Positions 17,700 to 27,991 of a stretch of 64,000 bases of DNA are shown here, piece by piece. The DNA lies in NCBI GenBank assembly GCA_963842525.1, contig CAWJGT010000019.1, positions 352,001 through 416,000 on the forward strand, read 5' to 3'. The position numbers and the translations under genes are program-made. The notes below the pieces were generated by a model, which saw only the letters and a program-made list of their open reading frames with translations, made no database searches and had not been told where the DNA came from. The DNA comes from an uncultured Holophagales bacterium (GTDB lineage Bacteria > Acidobacteriota > Thermoanaerobaculia > Multivoradales > UBA5704). Each line of letters starts with the position of its first letter. Within the stretch, counting starts at the first letter, position 1.

Positions 17700-20028
17700 C
17701 TACCCCGATAGCGCGCGCAGCTCCTTGCTGTCGGGGTGCACGGCGAGGGCGTGCCGCAGCAGGGCGGATGCTCCCCGTGGATCGCCCAGGATGCGCAGGG
17801 TGCGGATAGCTTCGGCGTAGGCGGCGGGCGAGCCGTTGCTTTCGACCAGGCGCCGCAGCACTGCCAGGGCTTCGTCGGATTTCCCCTGCGAGGCGTAGAG
17901 CATCGCGAGGTTGGCCCAGGAGCGGGTGTCGGCGGGGAAGTCGCGGATCTCCTGCAGGAAGGCCTGCTCGGCTTCGGCCTCGCGGCCGAGGCGGGCGAGG
18001 ACGTCCCCCCGGATCAGGGAGAGGCCGGCGAACTTCTGGCCCGCGGCGCCGGTCCGCGCCAGCTCGGCAGCGGCCTCTTCGACGGTGCGCAGGGCCTCCT
18101 CCAGGTGCCCCTGCTTCTGGAGGACCTGCGCCAGGGTGAGCAGCGGAGCGAGCCGCGGCCCCGGCGCGTCCAGGGCCGCCCGGGCCGCCCGCTCGGCGTC
18201 GTCGAGCCGGTTCTGCGCCAGGGCGGTCTGCGCCAGCAGGCTGTTGGCCATGGCCGGGCTGACCGCGAGGCCGAGCTCGGCGTGGGAGCGCGCCTCGTCC
18301 AGCCGCCCCATCTCGAGCAGCAGCGAGCTCGCCGCGAGCGCGATGTGCGGCGCGCCGCCCGAGCCCTTGAGGGCCTTCTGGTAGGCGGCCAGCGACTCTT
18401 CGTGCTGCCCGAGCTTCTGCAGCGCCAGGCCGAGGTTTTCCCAGGCCTCCACCATGTTCGGGTTCGCCGCCACCAGCCGCCGGAGGACCGGCACGGCCTG
18501 CCGGAAATCCTGGCGCGCCACGAGGCCCAGGGCCCGCTCGAGGCTCCGGGAGGTCGGCGATGCGGCTCTTCGGGTCCGGCAGCGTCTCGCCCTCCCCGAC
18601 GCGGACCGTGCCGCCGGCGTAGCCGAGGGCGGCCAGCCGCGCCGCCGTCTCGGGATCGACCGCCGCCGGCGCCTGAAGCTCCCGCCGGAAGCCTCCCGCG
18701 GCCTGGCGCAGTGCCGCATAGGCCCGGCGCTCGGCGCCCAGGACGTTCTTCGTCTCGCGCGGATCGGCGGCGAGGTCGTAGAGCTCGGGGTCGGGGCCCT
18801 CGATGTAGTGGAAGCGGTCGCGGATCACCGACGACAGCTCGCTCCAGCCGAAGTGCAGCCGGGGGTACCAGGTCTCGGCATAGAGGTCGCGCGGCGCGCT
18901 CCCGGCCGGGGCCAGGAGCGACCGCCCGGACAGCGCCGGCTCGCCCTTTCCCATGGCGGGAGCCTCGACGCCGGCCAGACCGAGCAGCGTCGGGAAGACG
19001 TCGACCAGCTCGACCGGCGCGGAGACCGCCTCGCCGCCCCGCTGCGCGCCGGGCAGCTTGAGGAAAAGGGGGACCTGAAGCGCTTCGCGATAGAGGAGGA
19101 TGCCGTGCTCGTTCTCGCCGTGCTCGCCAAGCCCTTCGCCATGGTCCGAGAGCAGGACGACGACCGCCCGGTCGTAGACCTCCAGGCGCTTCAGCTCGTC
19201 CAGGAAGCTTCCCACGATGGCATCCGCCGCCGCGATCTCGCCGTCGTAGCGGTCCGCGTAGCGCGCGGCGAACGGCTCGGGCGGCGCATAGGGCGTGTGC
19301 GGCTCGTAGAGGTGGAGGAAGAGGAAGAACGGCTTGTCCTTGTCCGCCGCGAGGGTGCGCACCCAGCGCAGCGCCGCCGCCGCGGCCTCGCCCCCCGGCC
19401 GCTGCGAGGAGCCGAGCGACTCGTTGAAGCGGACCTTGACGCCGTCGTCGTAGGCGTCGAACCCGTGGCCGAACCCGGTGTCGCCCCGCAGCACGTAGGC
19501 CGAGACCGCGCCGCCCGTGGCATAGCCGGCCGCCTGCAGGATCCCCGGCAGGCCGGGGGCCTTCGCGGCGTCGTAACGGTAGCCGACGTTGTCGCGCACG
19601 CCGTGGTCCCCCGGCAGGCGGCCGGTGAAGATCGACACGTGCGAGGGCAGGGTCAGCGGGATCTGGCTGTAGGCCCGCTCGAAGAGGATCGAGTCCCGGC
19701 GCAGCGCGTCCAGGGCCGGGGTCTCGACCTTGCCGTAGCCATAGGCCGGCAGGCGGTCGGACCGCAGCGTGTCGATCGAGATCAGCACGATCGGCGCGTT
19801 GCGGAAGACCGGCGTCCCGTCCGACTTGCTGCCGCGGTCACAGGCGGCGAGCAGGAGGAGGCACAGGCCGAGGGTCCTCACCCCCCGGCCCCCTCTCCCA
19901 TCTCCCTTCCACCCCCCGCCGGGAGAGGGGGAGAACGACGAATTCAGAAATTTGAACATAGATTTTCTCCCCTCTCCCGGTGGTTGGGGAGTGCGGTTGG
20001 GAGAGGGGCCGGGGGTGAGGGTCCGCAT
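17700..20028 (-). CDS. Sulfatase-like hydrolase/transferase with C-terminal TPRs, lipoprotein (frameshift near 18548; in-frame REP at N-terminus)
   Basis: LISIDTLRSD, LTLPSHVSIFTG, HLYEPHTPY, SDHGEGLGEHGE; TPR tail in ORF 17700-18719; lipobox LAAC. Confidence 0.88.
19875..20021. repeat. Paired family-A REP inside the 5' end of the sulfatase gene
   Basis: cctcaccccccggccccctctccc...gggagagggg / cccctctccc...gggagaggggccgggggtgaggg. Confidence 0.9.
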
Positions 20029-22173
20029 CTATCCCCCGAGCTGCGCCAGGACCTGGCGCGCCTTCTGGATGTCGGCTGCCCAGCGCGCGGGCGGGGCGGT
20101 GGCCACGAACCGCGAGAGGGCCTGCTTGGCCTCCGCCACCTGCCCTGCCTCGGCGGCCGCGAGGCCGAGGTTGTAGAGGGCGTCAAATTGCCGCGGATCG
20201 ATCGCCACGGCGCGCTGCCAGGCGGCGAGGGCTCCGGCCGGATCACCCAGCCTGTAGCGGGCCACACCCAGGGTGTTCCAGGCGATGGGGAGCTGCGGGT
20301 TGAGCTGGAGCGCGCGCTCCAGCCGGACGCGCGCCCCGCCGGCGTCCCCCGTGCGCAGCAGGACGATCCCCAGGTTCTCCTGGACCTTGGGGTCGTCCGG
20401 GCCCGCCGCGGCGGCCCGCTGGAGGACGGCGAGGGCCTCGCCGTGCCGGCCGTCGTCCGACAGGGCGATGCCGAGCGCGTTGAGGGTGGTCGCGTCGCCC
20501 GTCTCCGCGAGCGGCTGCAGCACCTCGACCGCCTCGTGGGCGCGGCCGGCCTCGGCGAGGGCCAGGCCGAGCCCGCGCCGCAGCGAGGCGGTCGGGGTGC
20601 CTCGCCGGAAAGCGTCCTCCAGCACGTCGACCGCCTCGGTGTGCCGTTCGAGCTGGCGCAAGGCCAGGGCGAGGTGCAACGCGACCTCGGTCATGTCGGG
20701 CCGCTCGGCGAGGACCTCGCGGGCGACCGTCGCCGCCTGCTCGTAGCGGCCCTGCGAATAGAGCTCGATCACCTGGTGCATCTGGCGGTCCAGGCCCACC
20801 AGGTTCTTGGGGTCGTCCGCTGCGGTGTAGACCTTCCTGGCCTCGCCCGAGCCGGTGGAGTAGCCGAGGCTGCGCAGCCGCGCTTCCTGCTCGGGAGAGA
20901 CCGCGCCCTTGGGCGGTGGCCAGACCGATTCCGCCGGGAGAGATCCCTCCAGGGCCCTCGCCGTCCGCCGCTCCTCGGCGTAGAGGTTAGTCTTCTCCTG
21001 CGGGTCCTTCGCCAGGTCGTAGAGCTCCGGCAGCGGCAGCTCGATCAGCTTCCTGCGCTCGCGCAGCAGGCCGCGCAGGGGGGCCCAGCCGCGGTTGAGG
21101 CTGGCCGAGAGCGCCTCGAAATAGGTCGACGCCGCGGGGTCCGGGCTCGCCAGGAGCGACCGCCCGGGGAGGCTTTTCGGCGGATCGAGCCGCAGCGCGC
21201 CGAGGACCGTGGGGAGGATGTCCACGTGCCGCGCGGGGCGGGCGTCCCGTCCGGGCCTGATGCCAGGTCCCCAGACCACGAGCGGCACCTTCAGGGTGGC
21301 CTCGTAGGCGAAGAGGCCGTGGGTCTGCTCACCGTGGTCGCCCAGGGCCTCGCCGTGGTCGGCGGTCACCACCACCAGGGCGGGTTGCTTGCCGTCCAGG
21401 AGCGGCCCGAGCAGGGGCGCCAGGAACGCATCGGTGGCCGCGACCTCGCCCAGGTACGGCTCGTCCCGGAAGCGGCCGGCGAACGGCTCCGGCGGGGTGT
21501 ACGGGGAGTGCGGATCGTAGAGATGGATCCAGAGGAAGCGACGCTGCCCGCGGTGGGCGTTCCACCAGACGAGGGCCGGGCCGACCACCTGGTCGCCTCG
21601 CCGTTCAGCCATGGCGAACTCGTCCGGCCGCGAGCCGCGGGGGAAGCGGTCGTCGTATTCGTCGAACCCCCGGGCGAGGCCGAAGCCATGGTCGAGCGGA
21701 TAGGCGCCGACGAAGGCCGCGGTGGCCCAGCCCGCCTGGCGCAGGAGGGTGGCGAGGGTCGGCACGGTATCCGGCAGCACGAAGCCGCTGTTCTCGCGCA
21801 CTCCATGCTGGTATGGGTAGAGCCCGGTCAGGATGTTGGCGTGCGAGGGGAGGGTGACGACGTTGTGGGCGTGGGCGTCGTCGAACACCCGCCCGGCCGC
21901 GGCCAGGCGGTCGAGCACCGGCGTGGCGGCGCGCCGGTTGCCGGCGAATCCGAGAGCGTCGGCGCGCAGCGTGTCGAGTGTGATGAGGAGGACGTCGGCC
22001 CCTTCGAGGCTCGGCCCGGGGTCAAACGGCCCGGCAGTGTCCTGAGCAGGCTGATCAGGGTTGGGGACCGGGCCTGCCGCGCGGTCGCGGCAGGCGGTCA
22101 CTGTCATGAGCAGGGCGCCCCAGGCCAGCAGCAGGACGGCGAGCGCCGGGAGGCGGCGGGGGCGTGGGCGCAT
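20029..22173 (-). CDS. Sulfatase-like hydrolase/transferase with C-terminal TPRs
   Basis: LITLDTLRAD, VTLPSHANILTG, HLYDPHSPY, ADHGEALGDHGE, TPR tail. Confidence 0.9.
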   Translation of the reverse strand: MRPRPRRLPALAVLLLAWGALLMTVTACRDRAAGPVPNPDQPAQDTAGPFDPGPSLEGADVLLITLDTLRADALGFAGNRRAATPVLDRLAAAGRVFDDAHAHNVVTLPSHANILTGLYPYQHGVRENSGFVLPDTVPTLATLLRQAGWATAAFVGAYPLDHGFGLARGFDEYDDRFPRGSRPDEFAMAERRGDQVVGPALVWWNAHRGQRRFLWIHLYDPHSPYTPPEPFAGRFRDEPYLGEVAATDAFLAPLLGPLLDGKQPALVVVTADHGEALGDHGEQTHGLFAYEATLKVPLVVWGPGIRPGRDARPARHVDILPTVLGALRLDPPKSLPGRSLLASPDPAASTYFEALSASLNRGWAPLRGLLRERRKLIELPLPELYDLAKDPQEKTNLYAEERRTARALEGSLPAESVWPPPKGAVSPEQEARLRSLGYSTGSGEARKVYTAADDPKNLVGLDRQMHQVIELYSQGRYEQAATVAREVLAERPDMTEVALHLALALRQLERHTEAVDVLEDAFRRGTPTASLRRGLGLALAEAGRAHEAVEVLQPLAETGDATTLNALGIALSDDGRHGEALAVLQRAAAAGPDDPKVQENLGIVLLRTGDAGGARVRLERALQLNPQLPIAWNTLGVARYRLGDPAGALAAWQRAVAIDPRQFDALYNLGLAAAEAGQVAEAKQALSRFVATAPPARWAADIQKARQVLAQLGG

Positions 22174-22191
22174 GAGGACGGTCGAGCCGGC

Positions 22192-23160
22192 TTACAGAGC
22201 CTTCAGGAACTCCTTGACCTCCTCGACCTTGGGATGCTTCGGGTCGAGCTCGAGGAGCTTCTGGAAGTCGGCCTTGGCCTCGGCGGTCTTGTTCAGGTTC
22301 AGGTAGACGAGGCCCCGGTAGTAGTAGGCGTCCGCCAGGCTGGGGTTCTCGTGCACCACGCGGTCGAAGTACTTGACGGCGTCGTCCAGCTTCTTCTCGT
22401 TGTAGGCCTTGATGCCGAGGTTGAGCAGCGCGTTGGGGTCGACCGTCGTGCCCTGGGGGAGCTTGGCCATCCACGTCTGGGCCTCCTCCTCCTTGCCCTC
22501 GGTCACCAGCAGGTTGACGAGCACCTGGATGGTCTCGGCGTCGTCGGGCTTGATCGTGAGCGACTTCTTCAAGGTCTCGATGGCCTTGTCGGCCTGCTTC
22601 TCGTAGCTGTAGGCCTGGGCGATGCCGCGCAGGATGGGCGGCTGGAACTCGGGCTCGACCTGCGCGATGGCCTTTTCGTACTCGGCGCGCGCTTCGGCGT
22701 ACTTCTGCTGGCCCATGAGGGCGTTGCCGTTCTGGACGGCGGTGAGCACGACCGAGCGCTTGTCGTTGGCTGCCGCCTGCTCCTGGACCTCCTTCGGGAT
22801 CAGCTTGAGCGCGATGTTGACCGGCGGCGCGGGGCCGAACTCGTTGACCCTGGTCTGGCCTTCGGAAGGCATGTAGCCCTCCTTCTCGATCAGGATGCCC
22901 CAGTTGCCCCCGGCCAGGCCGAGGACGGACCACTTGCCGTCCTTGTTCGTCTTGATCGGGTCGGGACCCGGCTGGGATGCGTCGACGCGGTCGGTGCCGA
23001 TGCGGAGGGTGATCGTGGCCCCATCCACGGGGCGCTTCTGCTCGTCGGTCACATTGCCCTGGAGGCGCCCTCGTCCCGCCCACTCCTGGCTCCACGCAGG
23101 CGAGCCGAGGACGAGCAGGAGAGCGGCCACCAGAAAAGGTTGAAAGCGGCGAAGAGGCAT
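22192..23160 (-). CDS. Exported carboxypeptidase-regulatory-like domain plus TPR protein
   Basis: Signal peptide, GRLQGNVTDEQKRPVDGATI, KTNKDGKW, TPRs (ADAYYYRGLVYL). Confidence 0.88.
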   Translation of the reverse strand: MPLRRFQPFLVAALLLVLGSPAWSQEWAGRGRLQGNVTDEQKRPVDGATITLRIGTDRVDASQPGPDPIKTNKDGKWSVLGLAGGNWGILIEKEGYMPSEGQTRVNEFGPAPPVNIALKLIPKEVQEQAAANDKRSVVLTAVQNGNALMGQQKYAEARAEYEKAIAQVEPEFQPPILRGIAQAYSYEKQADKAIETLKKSLTIKPDDAETIQVLVNLLVTEGKEEEAQTWMAKLPQGTTVDPNALLNLGIKAYNEKKLDDAVKYFDRVVHENPSLADAYYYRGLVYLNLNKTAEAKADFQKLLELDPKHPKVEEVKEFLKAL

Positions 23161-23266
23161 GGTGATCTCCTTTGTCCGAAGCTGCGTCAACTCCCGCCGG
23201 AGGCGGGCGCTCCGCTACCCATGCAAACAACGTGCGGGCAGGTGAGTTTACTCCCGGCGGGTCCAT

Positions 23267-23299
23267 AAAAAAACCGCCGGGGTTGCCCCCGGCGGTTTT
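23267..23299 (-). terminator. Rho-independent terminator (bidirectional potential)
   Basis: aaaaaaaccgccgggg-ttgc-ccccggcggtttt just after the TonB receptor stop. Confidence 0.85.
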
Positions 23300-23324
23300 G
23301 ACTCAGCTGCTCAGACAGCCGCGA

Positions 23325-26300
23325 TCACCGGAAGCTCAGACGAGCGCCGATGCGGAGGATGCGCGGGCTGAGGTGCTCCAGGAGGTGGTTGGTGGTGGCC
23401 AGGCCAAGACGGTGCTGCCGCTGCATGACCGTGGCCTCGTTGGTCAGGTTGAAGGCGTCCACGCCGATGGTCACACCGACGTCGCTGAAGGTGAACTCCT
23501 TCTCGACGCGGGCATCGATGGTGTGGATGTCGTCAAACCGGAAGTCGTCCGGACCCGGGGTCGCCGCGATGAAGCCGCGGACCGGAGCCGGCTGGTAGTT
23601 GGCGGGGAAGTTCACGCGGGTGAAGTACGGGATCGGATAGCCCTGGCGGCCCTGGAAGTTGAGGGCGAAGTTGAAGCCCCAGGGACGATCCGGCGAGACC
23701 TGGTAGAGACCATTCACGCTGTACGACCACTCGCTGTTGATGTAGACGGCGCCCTTGGAGCCCGAGCCGGTGCCCGAGCCCTGGAGGACGGGGTCACCCT
23801 CGATGTCACCGCCGCCGAGGCTGATGGAGAGATCTTCACGCTCGCTGTCCGGAACGCTGCTCCACTGCCAATCCGCCCACGTGAAGTTGCCACGCAGCAT
23901 CCAACGATTGGCAAGGCGCTTGTTGAAGACGAGCGACGCGCCCTGATACTCCTGCTCGCGGTCGCCGTTCTCGAGGAACGTGCCGCCGCGGGTGCTGACG
24001 CCGTTCCTGAGCTGGAAGTAGTTGATGACCCGGGACTCGCCGTTGGGCAGCCGGACCGTGGTGGAGACAGGCACGTAGTCGTCCCGCCGGTGCAGGCGGC
24101 CGACGCCGTTGAGGCAGGAGTTGCAGTAGGGGTCGTTGCCTTCGAAGACGAGCTGCTCCTGCTCGAGGATGCCGGTGATCTGCCGGAAGGTCAGGTTCAG
24201 GCCGACCACGAACTCCGGGCAGGAGCGCGTGCTCGACGCTGAGCAGAACCTCATCGGTCAACGGCGCATCGAGGTTCGGGTCGAGCCCGAAGGACTGGAT
24301 GAGACCGCCGGTCCGCGGGTCCACGTTGGCGCTGACGCCGAAGATCGGGCTGGTCAGGTCGGCCAGGGTGATGTTCGGGCCGGTCGAGTTGGTGTAGGCG
24401 TAGGCGTAGCTCTGCGAGCCGAGCGGGTTGAGATAGGACGCGATGCCGGTGCCCATCTGGTCCGCGAACCGCGAGTAGCTGGCGCGCAGCAGGGTCTTGC
24501 GCTCAGCGCCGAGCGCGTAGGTGAGGCCGAGGCGCGGGGTGATGTCCGTCCACTCCGGCGTCGGGTCGCTGCCGTCGTAGTTCACCGCGGGGAGAGCGGA
24601 CGGCACCAGCGAGTTGGCCGGCACGCCGACCGCCAGGTTCTTGGCCTTCTGATTGTCGTACCGGACGCCGATGTTGGCCGTCAGGTTGCCGGCCGACAGG
24701 GTGTCCTGAACGTACAGGCTGGTGTACTCCTGCTCCACCGACGGCAGAGCCGCCCGGCTGAAGGCGATCAGGTTTCCACCCGGTGCGCCGATCAGGGGAC
24801 CGTTCTGGATGACGCCGACACCCGGCCAGGTGGACCGCGAGGTCACCTCGGCATTGCGGTAGCCGGCGCCGAACTTCAGCTCGTGGCTGAGGCTGCCGGT
24901 GTTGAAGAAGTTGGAGGCGTCCGCCTTGTACTGCTCCTGCGGGCGCTGGGTCTGGTAGAGGGCGAAGCTGTGCCGCCAGGTGGCGGTCTGGTCGAGGTAG
25001 GGGGTCGGGCCGGTGGAACCGATCCCGATGCCACCCTGCGGGATGAGCTGGAACCCGCCGTTGACGACCGAGTACAGGCCCGTCAGGTAGAAGTTCGAGC
25101 TGAAGATGTGGGTGTCCTCGAGCTTGTACGCGGTCGGGTCGTCACCGAACTTCGACTGGTTCGACCGTGGTTTCCTGCGGCCGGGTGGGACCGGCGTTGC
25201 GGCCGATCTTGATCTTGTCGCTGTTCAGAGCGAACAGGGTGGCCGAGTTGCTCGGGGCGATCTGGGCGTTGAGCTTGACGTTGGCGGTCTCGAGCTCGGT
25301 GAAGTCCTTGACCCCGTTGGGGAACGTGGGCAGCGCCGGAGCGGTGCGCAGGTCCACCTTCTGCAGGCCGTAGGCGCCCCAGATCCACAGGCGGTCCTTG
25401 ATGATCGGGCCGCCCAGCTCAGCGCCGTAGTCCTTGACGCTGATGATCCGGTTGCCCTGTGCGAAGTTCGCCTGGTTCGCCGACGGACCGGAACCGTCGA
25501 AGTCACGGCCGAGGTCGGAGTTCTCGAGGCTGGTGTCGGACTGCCAGTCGTCGTCACCGAGGAGGTAGCGGCCGGAGCCGCGCCACTCGTTGGTGCCGCG
25601 CTTCGTCACCATGTTGAGGACGACGCCGCCGGTCGCGATGGTGGAGTCGCTGCCGCCGGTCGTGACCTGCATCTCCTCGAAGGAGTCGAAGTCGTAGTAG
25701 GCGGGAGAGGAGCCGAGGGCCGCCATGTCGGTGATGACCACGCCGTCCACCGACCACACAGCCTGGTCGCCGCCCGAGCCCGGGCCGACGTACTGCGACT
25801 GCTGGCCGCTCTCGTTGCCACCGACGTTGATGCGGTCGGTGAGCACGCCCGGGGTCGTCGACAGGATGGCCCAGGGGTCGCGCGAGGAGGGGATCTTCTC
25901 GAGCTCGGTCTGGCTGACCGTCGCACCCGTGCTGATGCGCCGCTCGTCCAGCAGCGGCGTCTCAGCCGAGGACCGTGATCACGTCCTCGACCGCGGCCGA
26001 GAGCGTGACCTCGATCGACGTGTTGCGACCGATGTTGATCGTGACGGCCGGATACTCGATCGTCGAGAACCCTTCCAGCTCGGCCTTGAGCTGGTACGAG
26101 CCGGGGCTGAGACCCAGGAAACGGAACTGTCCCTGGGCATTGGTGACCTGCACTTGCGGAGCACCGCCGCCGGTGACGGTCACGGTGACCCCGGGCAGGG
26201 GGCTGCCCTGCTCGTCCACGACGGTTCCGTAAAGGTTGCCGGTCTGCAACTGGGCGAACGCGGCACCGCCGCCGACCAGGAGCAGTATCGCGGCGACCGC

Positions 26301-26333
26301 CACGATCTGTCCCCAAAGGTTCGTGTTCTTCAT
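23325..26333 (-). CDS. Oar-type TonB-dependent receptor with N-terminal carboxypeptidase-regulatory domain (three apparent +1 frameshifts near 25970, 25165 and 24216)
   Basis: QTGNLYGTVVDEQGSPLPGVTV; plug region VDGVVITD...EEMQVTTGG...VTKRGTN; barrel PRLGLTY; C-terminal PRILRIGARLSF. Confidence 0.9.
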
Positions 26334-26745
26334 ATTCAATAAACCTCCCATTGAGTGATTGGTGAGCCTGCCGCGAGGGCTCGCGAAGGCTCGGGACGAA
26401 ACCAGGTGCGCTGTGTGCTCAGTTTCCGAGGCGACACCTCCTTTCCCTTTCGCGGGAACCATAGGCTGCTGGGAACGACTGACATTAACGAACATGACAG
26501 CCCTGGGTCAAGCAAGGGGGGTGCCACGCCGGACAGGCATTCTTTCGCGAGGTGCAAGCTCTTGGAAACATACGACTTTGGCCCGCGGCGCGATGCCCGG
26601 CCTGGACCCTGCAGGGCCGCCCGATCCAGCCCCTTGAACCGAGGCGATCCAAAACCTTGAACCGGCTGTCGGACCGGTCCGGCAGCCCTCCCGGCAGGGA
26701 CCGGGGAATTTCCCTGGCACGTCCCCTGCTATATTGAGTTACGCC

Positions 26746-27865
26746 ATGATCCGGATGAAGCTTACTGTTCCTCTCTTCTGCCTCGGTGCTACCCTGGCAG
26801 GGGCGGCGGGGTGCTCGCAATATCAGAAGTTCGACTCGGCCGGCCACCTGCGCCAGGAGTATGCCAGGAATGCCGGGGCCGAGGTGGCGGCCAGGACCAT
26901 CGTCCCCTTCGAGCTCGACGACGATCTGCGCAAGACGCTCGAGGTCAGGGTCAAGCCCGAGCCCACCGACCTGCGGACCATCAATTCCGTGCTCCGGTTC
27001 ATCTTCGAGGACCTCGATCTCCGCTATCAGCTCACCCCCACCCTCTCGGCGGTCGAGGCTTTCCGGACGCAGCGCGGCAACTGCCTCTCCTTCGTCAACC
27101 TCTTCGTGGCGGTCGCCCGCGAGAGAGGCCTCGACCCGTCCTACGTCGAGGTGACGGACTATACGAAGTGGAACCACCGGGCGGGGATGGTGGTCAGCCA
27201 GGGGCACATCGTGGCCGGCATGTACCTGGACGGCGAGCTGCAAGACCTACGACTTCCTCCCCTACCGGCCGAAGGCCTACAAGGCCTTCAAGCCGATCGA
27301 CGACCTGACGGCCGCGGCCCACTTCTACAACAACCTGGGCGCCGAGGCCCTGATGGACGGCGACCTCGCCCGCGCCCGCGGGCTGCTGCAGACCTCCATC
27401 GGCATCGCGCCGCGGTTCAAGGAGGGGTACAACAACCTCGGCGTCTGCCTGGCCCGCGGCGGCGACCTCGAAGGGGCGCTGGAGCTGTACCGCAAGGGCC
27501 TGGAGATCGAGCCCGGCAACGCCATGCTGCTCACCAACATGACGCGCGCCTACCAGCAGCTCGGCAGGACCGCCGACGCCGAGCAGCTCCTGGCCGAGAT
27601 CGACGAGTCGAATACGGGCAACCCGTTCTTCTTCGTCTATCAGGGCGAGATGGCCCTCTCCCGCGGCGCGACCGACAAGGCGCTCGAATACATGACCAAG
27701 GCACTGCGCCTGGAGAGCGAGGCCCCGGAGGTCCAGTTGGGCTTCGTCAAGATCTACCTGGCCCTGGGCGACACCGAGAAGGCCCGGCACCACCTCGCCC
27801 GCGCCCTCAAGCTGGACGCCACCAACCAGGAGGCACTCCGTTTCGCCAGCATGCTGGGAAAATGA
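26746..27865 (+). CDS. Transglutaminase-like domain plus TPR lipoprotein (frameshift near 27241)
   Basis: GNCLSFVNLFVAVARERGL, GHIVAG, then TYDF in the shifted frame; TPRs YNNLG; lipobox-like AAGC. Confidence 0.78.
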
Positions 27866-27991
27866 GCCGGAAACCTTTCCGGGGCCCGCGGGGACTCACG
27901 GAGGGGTGCCGCCGCACCCGATGCACCCGACCACCCCCACCCGTCGAGGCCGTACCGTAGTACCATGGCACCCTGGCGAAGGAGAGCTGTC

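Noticed and set aside
26340-26520. Riboswitch in the leader of the Oar-type receptor
   Set aside because: Some hairpin potential but no match to c-di-GMP, cobalamin or TPP consensus that I can recognise; needs an Rfam scan
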